A DNA stretch of 63,830 nt, counting the filler, from Choristocarpus tenellus KU-1152 (Eukaryota > Protista > Phaeophyceae), in NCBI GenBank assembly GCA_964200185.2. It is 14 parts of 14 records of this genome, joined end to end, with 100 filler letters (N's around TTAATTAATTAA, not from the genome) between each part and the next. Parts side by side here need not be neighbours in the genome. Positions count along the whole stretch, not along the records: positions 1 to 3,006 come from CAXNAD020022992.1; positions 3,107 to 6,439 come from CAXNAD020020739.1; positions 6,540 to 12,399 come from CAXNAD020009570.1; 11 more parts are not named here. One strand, written 5' to 3'. This document shows positions 1 through 11,490 of the stretch, piece after piece (the first letter of the stretch is position 1; each line of letters starts with the position of its first letter). A model generated the notes under the pieces. It ran no database searches. It had not been told where the DNA came from and saw only the letters and a program-made list of their open reading frames with translations. The position numbers were made by a program, and so were the translations under genes.

Positions 1-282
1 GTAGGTACTGTAATTATCATCAATTTAAGTATGTCCTACTACCACCTTCGGCATTGATTCCCATTCAAAAAAGGCCCTTAAAAAGTGCCGCAACTTTTTC
101 AAAAAAAAACATATGGGCACTTTCCGCGCACCATTTTGGGAAAATTCCATCCTCCATGAAATGATCCATCCGCCATTATCTCGATCTGCTGTTACAGGGT
201 AAGTTCGATTTCAGGGCTGTACATACGTTTACCGTGCTCTGGAATGCGAACCGTGAGGCTGCCGTGGAATCCCCCAAGAACA

Positions 283-1985
283 GTGGTGGATTCAGGTACA
301 GCTACAGGCAACTGGTAGGTGGGACGAGTGTGTTGTGTATCATCAGACACAAAAGGGGTTGTCATCTTGTGTGTCAATTCTCAGCAAGGATTACTACCAT
401 ATCCGATCATTTTGAGATCCATTCATCTTTGCTAAGTTTTACCAGGTTCTAAGGCTTTCCTACAAATAGACTGGTCATTTTGGGGGGGGAAGTACCATTT
501 GCCGGATAAGATTCAATTCCTCGTAACAAACTGCCAACAGTGATTGATATATAGATGAAGCAGGGCAACAAATGTTTTATTGCTACATGTTTTCGGCATA
601 CGAAATTGTTCCTATCGGGGTGTGCCTCGCGCTTTTCCGCTTGCATCCATTTTTTTATCTTCAGTACATTTAATCTAAAGAAAGGTTTGTATCCGAAGAA
701 GGACCAACCTCGATAATTCGAAAGTGAAGACAAATAAACTATACAACGGTATGATCGATTCTAATATGAGGAAACCAAAAAGGCGTGGACGAGAACTAAG
801 AATATCTGTTTGGTGAGTTATGTGGTTGCGCGTAGTACACATTCAACGTATGTCCCCAAACGCCCATTCAGTGGGCAGCGGCGGCTATGAGTCCAAGGTG
901 ACAGGGAACAGCTACGATGATACTCTGGGGCGAAGTGAGAACCATGCCCATACCCATCCAACCACAACACCGAGGGACAAAAGCCTTCCGTGAAAGGTAA
1001 TGGAAAGAGGAAAATTGTGATAATTGGGAAGAAGAGGTTGAGAGAAGACTCTGAAGGCGATGGGGACCAACCCGATTGTGACGCTTTGTCAGGTTCAGAG
1101 GAACTTGTACAAGAGGACGTGGGTGGGCGGCTAGGCACGGACTCAGAGTCCACGCCTGTTGGGAGTGACCCTGGAATGTCTCCAAACGCCCATTCAGTGG
1201 GCAGCGGCGGCGACGAGTCCCAAGTGCCAGGGAACACCTACGACCATACTGTGAGGCAAAGTGAGAACCACGTCCATGCCAATCCTACCCCAACACCAAG
1301 GGACAAGCCTTCTGAGAGAAGGGTGAAGGAAAGGGGGAAAGGACGATAATTAGGAAGAAGAGGGTGAGAGAAGGTGCTGGACTGATGAGACCCTTCAAAC
1401 AGCCTCGTGGTCCTGATGGCAGCGCTTTAGAACCTGGCTTCTTCACAGACATCGTCACTTCTGCCAAAAAGGGCAGATACACAGTAAATCGATCTTCATC
1501 TACCTCGAGGTACGACAATGACGACAAAAGGCCATTGCACATGGTGTTGACGATTGCGTCACACAGGACACGGCCAACTCCGGCAATGCATCCGATGTGG
1601 GGATCACCGAAGCCTTCATGGAGGTGTGCATTACTGAGTTCCTACGATCGGCAACGAAACCTGCTCTTTGCAGTATTGAGTGCAGACTCCAATCCTCACC
1701 CAAGACATATATGTCCATGGGTTCAGGCTCGTCAAGGTCGGTAAAGGGGCCGTTTCTCAGGTTTTCGAGGATGAATGCTACGTCCACGAGCCCATACAGG
1801 TTAAACTCAGCGATCGTGGAGGGAATTCAGGCAACACATTGCGTCCCGAGCATGTGGAAGCACTCCATGCAAGGAAGGTCATCTTCTCAAGCCTCGTGAA
1901 GCCCGAACCTTGGAACAGCAGGTACTCTGCACGCCTAAATCTATGGCACCTTCTTGTCAAGGCATACCCTAAGGTTGTAGCGTAG
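283..1985 (+). pseudogene. Degenerate coding region of unknown family, possibly TE-borne; weak SAM-methyltransferase motif I-like segment near its start
   Basis: Overlapping frameshifted + strand ORFs (990-1349, 1364-1744, 1597-1899, 1680-1985) read as one broken protein. VVDSGTATGN at 283-312 loosely resembles motif I (DxGxGxG). Confidence 0.25.
850..1381 (+). repeat. Diverged direct repeat of ~200 bp (850-1055 and 1176-1381; period 326 bp)
   Basis: Both copies begin atgtc(c/t)ccaaacgcccattcagtgggcagcggcggc. They translate MSPNAHSVGSGGYESKVTGNSYDDTLGRSENH and MSPNAHSVGSGGDESQVPGNTYDHTVRQSENH. Confidence 0.9.
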
Positions 1986-3006
1986 TGGGAGAAGGGTGAC
2001 GAATGCAACTTCAAGTCTGCCCACCAACTGGAATAGGGGTTCAGTCGTTTCGGGTTTTTTTATTGAAGTACGGATCGAGTTACAGGTACACTGATTTATA
2101 CATCAGTGTACCTTGCCTTGTTGTCCGACTACCATGTTCATGCACTTTCCATTCCATGAGTTATAGATTTAGACAGTGGTATCTGATACATTGGTACCAG
2201 TCAGAGTTGTCAGCGTATCATGTATCATACTCATGTTGAGGACTAGACCTGTGTTATTTTTTGTTTGAAAGGGCGTGTCCAATACTAGACTTAGACTACT
2301 AAAATATAAAACATCAATTAAACAACTCTTCTCCATCTTCTCAGCTTACCCCTTCCAAACAATTCGCCAAGGCCTTCAATTTATACCCTGTCCTTTTCAA
2401 AGCCGCTAATTATTCCTTGAACACTATAATTCACCTCCCCCCTGCTTCTCAATACTCTATACACCATCTCATGCTTTGTCCAAGTGTCAACAAACTAGAA
2501 CCGATCTCGTCCTCCTTCGAATCTTGAAGGATCATACACCGAAGTCCACACACGATGCTCCTAAGCACAGCACCAACCCAGAACCTCTGGAAGTGTATCT
2601 TGATATACTTTCAGAGAAACGTACGACAATAGACCTTGACCAAAAACCATTCGTATACACCTCCAGAGAGTCCATCCACACATATTGCCTGAAAGATACA
2701 GCACACTAACCCGAAAACAATACCTGACCATTTTCACATCCTTCATACACCAACAACTTCAGCCCTAACACCCTCAGCGGCAACCACGTTTGTGTACATA
2801 CTAAATCCGTCACATGCGTGCAAATAAACGAAGTATCATATTTTAAACAGTACATGATATATGTTGTTATTCCTCGTGCACACACCGGTAGAACAGGCCC
2901 TTACTGACAGTCCTCTTTGTGTACATACCAGACACGTCTCATGCAAGAAAAAAAAAAAAAAAACCAACCTTGCAACAGTCCATAGTCTTCTTTTCAATTC
3001 CTCATG

Positions 3007-3106
3007 NNNNNNNNNNNNNNNNNNNNNNNNNNNNNNNNNNNNNNNNNNNNTTAATTAATTAANNNNNNNNNNNNNNNNNNNNNNNNNNNNNNNNNNNNNN
3101 NNNNNN
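3007..3106. other. Artificial contig linker N44-TTAATTAATTAA-N44. The same linker starts at 6440, 12400, 18927, 23844, 29371, 32319, 36283, 40197, 48056, 51296, 54976 and 61020.
   Basis: Identical 100-nt block repeated 13 times; TTAATTAATTAA places stop codons in all six frames. Confidence 0.98.
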
Positions 3107-3178
3107 CTGTTCTACATAATGAGGAAATAATCGAGTTATTTACACACACAAGTCTTGGGAACACCAGTTTCTTTAACA
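3107..3178 (+). repeat. 72-bp inverted repeat, left copy (LTR-like end ...CTTTAACA); partner at 6104-6175
   Basis: 3107-3178 aligns ungapped to the reverse complement of 6104-6175 with 9 mismatches in 72 nt. The left copy is cut by the contig edge. Confidence 0.9.
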
Positions 3179-4125
3179 ATCACAAGTGTCTCAGTTTCCC
3201 TGTTCCAGCAGTAAAGTTTCCACCTGCAGAAAATTCTAGTTGTCCTAGTCCCGCCTTGAACCTCTGCACTCTACCTTTGCCATCCATCTGCCTCGGCAAA
3301 ACCCATCTTTGTCCCTAGTACCTTGTGACCATCAGTGGAGCGAGGTAATTGAATCAACACTCCCCTGTTATCTAGATCATCCACTTGTTCATGAATAGCA
3401 GCTTTCCACAAAGGCCACTCCTCAGCCTCTGTCGCTGCTCTCATGGTCTTAGGTCTGGTAGGAGGGTTTACCTTTCCCATTCACAAGTAGACCAGGCAGT
3501 CTTCGCTCATACCTGCGTACTATCCCTTCATGGCAGTGACCGAGTTGCATATGCATCTGGTTGATATCCACTTTAATAGTAGGTCGCATCTTACCACCTG
3601 GGCCCCACGGGGTCATGATAAAAACTCCAGTCCCACCTTGGGGGAGCTCATCAGGTCCATCATTGCCTGATGTCGATGTGAGTTTTATATCACCAGTGTC
3701 CATACTTGAGGCGAGCACCTCCCCCTCAATAGTCCCCCATATGCATAACTTCCGCCCAGTTCCTCAACACCCACCTCTGATGTTGCATTCGGACTAGTTG
3801 ACCCCCCTGGATCAAACAATGGCGGGGCCATCTTGGGATAGGTCCCTCCCCCCCAACAATCAATCCCCTCTGGGACAATGGCATTAACTTTAACCCCCTC
3901 AGGGGAAAGCGTACTCATCGCTCCTGCATCCTCCACCGATATAGTAGCCTCCAACATCATTCCTCCACACCCCTCTTGGGCGAGATCGAAATCTCTAGCC
4001 CCAGCGTGGGTTAGGTCAATACCTCCAGCCTCATCCTGTGCGAAATCGACTCCTTTAACCCCTTCCTGGGCGAGGTTATCAGAGGCCACAACATCCTCCT
4101 CTCATGTTGCGTTTGCTCCAGTCGA

Positions 4126-6027
4126 TCACTCCAGATCAACATCCATTCCAGCCACATTTGAGTTAGGCCTCTCCTCCTCAACAGTTCCCCCTCGGTTGAT
4201 GGCATCTCCTGAAACCCCCTCAAGGGTATTCACTCCTGTCGCTGCAACACCCTCCTCTGACATTGCAATCTCCTCAGATTTTCCACCTGTGACGGTATCT
4301 CCTCCAGCCCTTGTCAGGGTGAATGCATCTGTTCCCGCCTCCCCCTCGACTAGAACTAGTCCTGACACAATCCTCTTTGTCATGTCAGGTACTTCAGGTA
4401 GTTGTCTTGAGGGCAGGTCAGGAATTGTCAAGAAGCTTCTTCGATTAGCTTTCAATGTAAACAATCCACAATTCTTCCCATTTGTCTTCATAAATTCCAA
4501 TCCAGGTCCTCCAGAAGAAGGGGTTAATCGCAGAGAATATTCCCCTTTCCAATATAATTCTTCCCTAGATTGTTTCCCCGCTTGTATCATTGAGACGAGA
4601 TTAAATTTTAACCCAGGAACAAATGACACATTGTGCAAGATGAAGTTTGAAACTTCCCCATTCTGTACACAGGATAGCGACAAATTACCTATGGCTGAAA
4701 CTTGTAGAACCTTTCCATCCCCAACAGTCACTGATGTCCCTACCACAGGTTTTGGATCTTTCAGAGCAGTAGGATTGTTTGTCATATGAATCGAACACCC
4801 ATTGTCAAAGAACCAAAGTTCATCCACTTCCACAATACTTCCATCATTGCTCACCGATGAGAATCCTCCAAGCTGAACTGGTGTAAAATTTGATTTCTGT
4901 TCACCATCACCAGCTTCACCATTGTTGCTTGCATTGCCGCTCCCCTTCCCTTTACCATTCTTCTTCTTCCTTCGGGGAGTTTGTCCAGATGATCGTTGAC
5001 CCAATTCTCCCAAATCACCAGCGCATTTGGGACAACAGTAGGCCTTGTGTCCTTTGACTCCACAGACATAACAAGAACCTGTATAAGATCCAGAACGGGG
5101 CGAAACAACGGTGGAACAAGAAGATTGAAAGTATGGTCCTCCACACTGCCAGCACTCCACACGTCTTGGCTGCCGATCCTTCTGAAAACCAGCAGTTCCA
5201 TTTCTCGAACGGGGACCTCCAACCATCAATGCACCGCCATTATTTCCCATCCGTTGATTAAGCTGTCGTTTACGAAGCTGATACGTTTCACAAACTCGCT
5301 GTTGTAGATCCATCCGTGCTGCCCGACCGCATACTGTGACCTGTCGAATCTCAATGAAATATTCCTCAGTCAAGCAATTGTGCATGGCACTCAATTGCTC
5401 CTCATCACTCGGTTCATCATCCAGGGATCGCATTTTCTTCACATTGCTGCCCAGTTCCTTTATGACTGTGGATGGATCCTCTCCAGCAGTTAAATGTAAC
5501 AAATTAAGTTTCAATCTCATATTAACCCTTTCAGTGATACCACTTCTCCTAAAGTGGTTCCTTAAAGCTTGGAAAGCTTCAGAAGGACTGTCATGGTTAC
5601 TTGCCACTTGTTCCGCGAACCCATCCAAAACCATCACCAGTGCAGCCATCGCCATACTCGCCTTTTCGATTTCTCGTTCGGACCATCTTGAATCATCGAA
5701 GGAATCGCTGCTGACACTGATGTGATCATCAGATAACAACATATCCTTCCAGCCGCCCATGGCAGCACATGAAAAGAATTTTCGTTCAAACATGGCAAAT
5801 CCATTACAATCACCATCGCTGCTGTAGACCTTAAAAGTTGATGGCAATGGAATCGGTCGTCTTAATCTCCGTCCAGTTGGTACCCCCTGTTGCGCGGTTC
5901 TGCCAACCGCCCCTCCGTCTTCATAATCCTCAGACTCGAACACCTCTCCCCCTTCTTCAACTGGTGTCGTGTCTCCATACTCCGCTCTTCTCGAAGTACG
6001 TCTTCCGTAAACGATGAACTCCTCCAT
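4126..6027 (-). CDS. Copia Gag-protease polyprotein (633 aa)
   Basis: Helical UBN2-type gag region; zinc knuckle CYVCGVKGHKAYCC plus degenerate CWQCGGPYFQSSC; copia protease WFFDNGCSIHMT...VTVGDGKVLQVSAIG...LHNVSFVPGLKFNLVS. Confidence 0.9.
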   Translation of the reverse strand: MEEFIVYGRRTSRRAEYGDTTPVEEGGEVFESEDYEDGGAVGRTAQQGVPTGRRLRRPIPLPSTFKVYSSDGDCNGFAMFERKFFSCAAMGGWKDMLLSDDHISVSSDSFDDSRWSEREIEKASMAMAALVMVLDGFAEQVASNHDSPSEAFQALRNHFRRSGITERVNMRLKLNLLHLTAGEDPSTVIKELGSNVKKMRSLDDEPSDEEQLSAMHNCLTEEYFIEIRQVTVCGRAARMDLQQRVCETYQLRKRQLNQRMGNNGGALMVGGPRSRNGTAGFQKDRQPRRVECWQCGGPYFQSSCSTVVSPRSGSYTGSCYVCGVKGHKAYCCPKCAGDLGELGQRSSGQTPRRKKKNGKGKGSGNASNNGEAGDGEQKSNFTPVQLGGFSSVSNDGSIVEVDELWFFDNGCSIHMTNNPTALKDPKPVVGTSVTVGDGKVLQVSAIGNLSLSCVQNGEVSNFILHNVSFVPGLKFNLVSMIQAGKQSREELYWKGEYSLRLTPSSGGPGLEFMKTNGKNCGLFTLKANRRSFLTIPDLPSRQLPEVPDMTKRIVSGLVLVEGEAGTDAFTLTRAGGDTVTGGKSEEIAMSEEGVAATGVNTLEGVSGDAINRGGTVEEERPNSNVAGMDVDLE

Positions 6028-6103
6028 TGGGACTCCCCCTCAAATTGATTTAACACTAGCCTTGAGAACTTAGCAAAAATTCAATAAGTAGTGCTAGCTA
6101 GCA

Positions 6104-6175
6104 TGTTAAAGAAATTGATGTTCCCAAGACTTGTGTATGTAAATGACTCAATTAATTCCTTATTATGCATAACAG
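6104..6175 (-). repeat. 72-bp inverted repeat, right copy, upstream of copia gag
   Basis: tgttaaagaaattgatgttcccaagacttgtg...aacag is the reverse complement of 3107-3178. Confidence 0.9.
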
Positions 6176-8099
6176 GATGTACATGAAGTAAGGAAGGTAT
6201 AAGGAAGGAGAGTGAACTTCAAAGCTCCAAGGAGGTCATCACCTTACGATTCACATATTCTAATAATACGTCACTCAGTCCATGATTAGTTGCTATGTTA
6301 CTTGCTAAAACATTCCTTTTGTAGGATTCTTCTTGTTGTACCATAATAACCCGGACAATATTTTCGTTGTCACCTGACCAAGACAATACTATCATTGGAT
6401 TCTTGGGATGCTTCCTTAGCTCCCCCCCCAGAGGCACAGNNNNNNNNNNNNNNNNNNNNNNNNNNNNNNNNNNNNNNNNNNNNTTAATTAATTAANNNNN
6501 NNNNNNNNNNNNNNNNNNNNNNNNNNNNNNNNNNNNNNNAGTTGGAAGAGTCTAATCGAACAACCATCTCTATCGGTCAATCCCCAAACCGATCTGTCGA
6601 CTTCTAGATGTCACCATGGAACCCCTTGGACACCCCTGACTGACTACCAAAAACATACCTTTGGAACGCCAGGATCCTGATTTTTCGATGCCCCACTCTG
6701 TGGGGATAAAAACTTTAGGGACACAGGGTTGGACTTCCTTCCCTATCATCCAGTCAGTCTCGAAATTCCTCGAACCTCCATCTTGATGCCACTATGCCAC
6801 ATCATTCGTATCTTGCCGATGACTGTAAAGTTTGAATCGTGCGAATCTGAGGCCGTGGTGCACACACCCCACAGTTTCCACCCGACACATCGAAGTGTGA
6901 TGCAATAGTAATATCATTAGAATCAATATGAATTGATGATGGTAGTGTATTCTAAGCAGAAAATCTCAACTAAAGTGGAGAAGAAGGTCATGAACGTGTC
7001 TGGATCATGTTTGCTTGCCCCTGCTTACACAAGATCCTTCTCGTTCTTTACCTAGTTTGCACCTACCAAAACTTCATACCATTCCATAGCCAACACCAAT
7101 GGGCGCACAATACGCTAAGCACAACTCAAAGAGTCGGTATCTCTCTGGCATCTGCTCACTTTTTTGTAACCCTTAACAGCATGCGTGCACAGAGCCATCA
7201 AAACGAAATATTATCATTGTCCTGGTCAAACAGCAAGCCATATACGGACTTTACTCAGGACCTCATGCATAGCACTATTGTACAAGAGCAATACTGTTCT
7301 ACTCTGAACCTGGACAATATGTAGCACATAATTTCCAAGAATAATAGAAGCCACACGGTGGAAAGTGTCCACATATGTAGATCTGTCCCTGAATCACCAT
7401 AATACATGCTGCATATACAGAGACACGCGAAAGCGACGTAAAGAGTCAACCAGTCAAAAACATGTCGTAACTCAACTGAAAACATTGCACAACTACGTTA
7501 CTTACATCTAAAATCTTATTCTAGGACTTGGACCGCCCCATTGCAGCCACTCACATCCTGTTGTTAAAGGTTTTAGCCCTCTCAAAAAAGTTTACAGTAG
7601 TCTGAACTCTAGGGTCTGCTGCTTCCTACCTGACATACAAGGGATTCTGATAGTTTTATGCAGAAATTATCCGCTCATCTACAATCTGGAGCAAAAGCTC
7701 TACAAGAGCCACTAGGGCAAACGTAGGGTGTAGCCCTGCTTCAGTGTCAGTAGGTATAACTTCAGATGTGACAGTTGTGTTGCCAGTGGAGCATCTCTCA
7801 ATACCATTGAAGAGTTTGTTCCTTGGTCAGGTCGAGATTGGTCGTATCCCATCGGACAATCCTCAAAGTCACATATCAATTTCTATAAAGACCGGTGCAA
7901 CGCCTAGGACTCCTCTGATTACAAAGAGTACGTAGAATGCCAAGATACTGATCTTTCCAATGCATCACACATCGTGTATAGATTGCGATGCCTTTTGGTA
8001 GTGATGTAGGGAAGGAAGTGTGAGGTGGTACAAACAGGAATTTTGTGTCCTAAGAAAAATCAAAATGAGGAGTAGAAATCAAGTTATTTATTTTCCAAA

Positions 8100-8177
8100 A
8101 ATGAAATATACGAAATATATGAAATATATACGAAATATACGAAATATACGAAATATACGAAATATATGAAATATATG
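8100..8177 (+). repeat. Minisatellite (GAAATATAC/T)n
   Basis: About 8 copies of a ~9-bp unit. Confidence 0.9.
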
Positions 8178-8197
8178 GTTACTTTTTAAATATCAGA

Positions 8198-8430
8198 ACC
8201 ATTAGTACGATGTACAGTACAGGTACTAATAATACTATTGTGTTGAAGAAATTGGGGTTAAAGAGTTTCATGTGTTTTGTTTTTTGTGTAGGGGTGTTGT
8301 TCATACAAAGGCTATTTATTCTATTTGAAATAAATACCAGTACCATTAGTACGATGTACAGTACAGCTATTAATAATACTACTCTGTTGAAGAAATTGGG
8401 GTTAACGAGTTTCATGTGTTTTAGGAATTT
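8198..8430 (+). repeat. Direct repeat of ~85 bp, period 144 bp
   Basis: accattagtacgatgtacagtacag...tgttgaagaaattggggttaa...ttcatgtgtttt occurs at 8198 and 8342. Confidence 0.9.
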
Positions 8431-8764
8431 GTGTTTTTTAGGATTTGTGTCGAGGTATTGATTGGATGTTATGCGTCTAAAAGAAAAGAGGACAATTGAT
8501 CCCACTCTACATATCATCATATCATAGATTACCTTAGAACAGGTCCTTTACTCTATAGAACTCGGTTTACCAGTTCCTGCTATGTACAACTATGCCTTTT
8601 GGCTTCACAGAGAATACAAGTGCAACCTGTTGCATGATTTGGCATTGGGCGTGGGGATGGAGTCTCAAAAGAGATGACTCTAAGTCGCGCTCGCACAACA
8701 AGTGGCTCAAATGTGATCGGTTCTTGTCAACTGCCCAGGAGGTTGGTGCACTCCTTGCTGCTTC

Positions 8765-11490
8765 AGTCCGTTGACAATATAAAAGTGTAGATATATCACC
8801 ACTCAACAAGTCGATACCCTGATGACCTGTCCCATGACTTCTCCTTACGCATCTAACCTCACAGACGGACCCAACCGAAAACGAGATAATTCCTCCTGTC
8901 TCAGCAACTACGTTTGTATCCGTAATGGATAATTGTTCGGACGGACACAGTCAGAACTCAGGAAAGAGAGACGATCGAGGATAGAAGAGAGTCTGTCTGT
9001 CCGAAGGGCACTCATTGTGGAACGCTTAGCTAATCACAAGAGAACTACTTTGAGTGAGATTATAGGCTCCTCCTGCCCTCGACTTGGAATAGGGCACAAG
9101 AAGCAGAAAAAATGTGGTAACGACGATCCAGTTTGTTGATCCTCTGATTCTGTGACGAGACTATCATTCCGGGGAAATTTTGGAGGAGGATTTCATTGGG
9201 GCACATAAAGATCAACCCTAAAATCTGTTTCCACGCCACACCAATAACGTGTTTGTTGAACAAATGGCAAATGGGTCAGTTCTGCAAATGATTATCCATA
9301 TAGACAACAAAATTGAAAGGTGGGTATATAAGTGCTTGTGAGATTTTCAACCTACGCGAGGGATTGATGATGACTAGCAGTCCCAATTGATAGGACAAAA
9401 TATCCACGAGTAGTTATTCCTTTCACACAGTCATCTTCAACAACTAGTAACTGTGCAAAGGTGATAATCTGCAAAGAGGGCAAGCCCAGCTCACATCGCA
9501 TTACCTGTCCATCCTACCCTACAGCCTGTTCAATGGCACCGAGGAGCTCACTGACATGGAGGTTGAACCTATCCTGGATCCATCCAGCTTCACTTGTTGG
9601 CAGGAAGAATGCCAGGAAGATGATATGGATACTACTGATGAAACCAGTTCCCCCAGATTTGACTGGCAACACAGAGTGTGGTTTTGAAGGGGGGAGAATG
9701 ATCTATCTTTTGCGTTTGCAGATATGACGGTGAGTGACTAGGGTGTAGTCTATGAAATCCGTCCCTTGGTCATATCATATTGAAGTATCGTCCCAAATGT
9801 TGCTGAAGCTGAAGCATGTGGTCAGATAGAGTTTGAAACACCAGAATCCTAGTTTGAGGTTAGTTTTCCAAAAACCTGCTGCCAGCTTGGAAAGCTTAAA
9901 GGAGTTGTAGCTATCACTGGGCAAATCTAGAAAGGTGGATCCACTTCATATATCAGTTAAGGGATAAACTATTCTGGACATACACATTATACCTTTTCCG
10001 GTAAGTATATGTTTTTCCTACTCCGAAACATTTGGCAAAAATCATAAGCCCGTGGGAAGTCAAGCCCTGAATGGACAAAGTACGGTGAAATTTGTACCCT
10101 CTAAGATACTATTACTGACTACTGTATTATTTGACTGTGTAGATGAAACTAGCTCAAGCATTCTCATTTCTCTGGAAAACTGCATGTGAACAGTGGCAAT
10201 ATCGGAGTAGAAGGGTGCACCGGTTTAAAGCACATGTGGCAGCAACAAAGACAGTTTGTCTCTTGACCGATAAATGAAGTGGATCCACCATTCTGCATTT
10301 GCCCAGTGTTAGCTACAACTCCTTTAAGCATTTCAAGTTGTTACCATCACAATTGTGTAACTCAGTTGAAGTATGCATGCTCACTTCTCAGGAAGCTGAT
10401 TGGGGTCCGTGTCTACAAGTTCCTGGCAAGAAGACCATTACTTCTAACGCTTCCTCACAGATGCCATCCATGTTGCTTGGGGTCTTCTCTGAACACTCTT
10501 TCAGCTTTTCTCGACCGCCGTCAAACTGTATCTTGGTGGGCAGCAGGTTTTTGGAAAACTAACCTCAAACTAGGATTCTGGTGTTTTGAACTATCTGACC
10601 ACATGCTTCAGCAACATTTAGGATTATACTTCAATATGATATGACCAAGGGACGGATTTCACAGACTTCACCTTAGTCACTTACCCTCATATCTGCAAAC
10701 GCAGAAGAATGGTCATTCTTCCCCCTTCAAAACCACACTCTATTTTGCCAATCAAACCTGGGGGGAAGTATTTTCATCAGTAGTATCCATATCATCTTCC
10801 TGGCATCCTCCCTGCCAAGAAGTGAAGCTGGATGGATTGACTTCCATATCGGAGAGCTCCTCGATGTCATTGAACGGGCTGTAGGGTAGGATGGAGAGGT
10901 AATGTGACGTGAGCTGGGGTTGCCCTCTTTGTGGCTTATCTCCTTCTCACAGTTACTAGTTGTTGAAGATGACTGTGTGAAAGGAATAACTACTCTCTCG
11001 GATATTTCATCCTATCAATTGGGACTACTAGTCACCATCAATTCCTCGCCTAAGCTGAAAGTCCCACAAGCACTTATATACACACCTTTCCATTTCGCTC
11101 CCTGCATCGATACTCATTTGCCGCGAACGTGGACTTGGCCTGCTCGCCACTTGTCCACCAAATGGGTTTTTGGTGTGGCGTGGAACCGCTGGAGTCTCAC
11201 TCAGAGTGTCTGTATTCTGATTACCTAGGTGTTCCACCGCCAGTAGCCTCCGAATAGACTCTCTTCTCTCCTGGATTGTCTCGTTCCTTAGTTTCGACTG
11301 TGTCATCCAAACAGGATCCATTACGGATATGTAGTTGCTCCGACAGGAGGAATGTATTTCGTTGTCTGTTGGGGCGGTCTGTGGGAGATTGGAGAGACGT
11401 ATATACGGAGAATTCATGGACCAGGTCATCAGGGTATCGATTTCATTAGTGGTGGTGTGTATCTACAAGTTTATGATATTAACGCACCGA
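8765..11490. repeat. Long inverted repeat: arms ~8765-9885 and ~10538-11490, spacer ~650 bp
   Basis: For example, 9840 ccagaatcctagtttgaggttagttttccaaaaacctgctgcc pairs with 10539 ggcagcaggtttttggaaaactaacctcaaactaggattctgg. Complementarity continues out to tcgataccctgatgacctg (8811) / caggtcatcagggtatcga (11422). Confidence 0.92.
9960..10115 (-). mobile_element. Partial MITE family A copy in the inverted-repeat spacer
   Basis: tttgtaccctctaagatact at 10091-10110 and the upstream sequence match the reverse complement of the left end of 33456-33706. Confidence 0.7.

Larger units (their letters stand above)
3107..6175 (-). mobile_element. Ty1/copia LTR retrotransposon, internally deleted (gag, protease, pre-integrase motif, RT stub; no integrase core)
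   Basis: Gag-protease ORF at 4126-6027, then MHMQLGH (gag-pre-integrase-like, ~3540-3560), then almost immediately the copia RT N-terminus PKTMRAATEAEEWPLWKAAIHEQVDDLDNRGV...VLGTK and RVQRFKA (~3250-3455). Confidence 0.9.

Noticed and set aside
3878-4789. 303-aa + strand ORF
   Set aside because: Antisense shadow of the copia polyprotein; Ser/Pro-rich with no independent motif.
7740-7935. KLICDFEDCPMGY on the minus strand, resembling part of a PHD finger
   Set aside because: Too short, surrounded by stops, and missing the other ligands.
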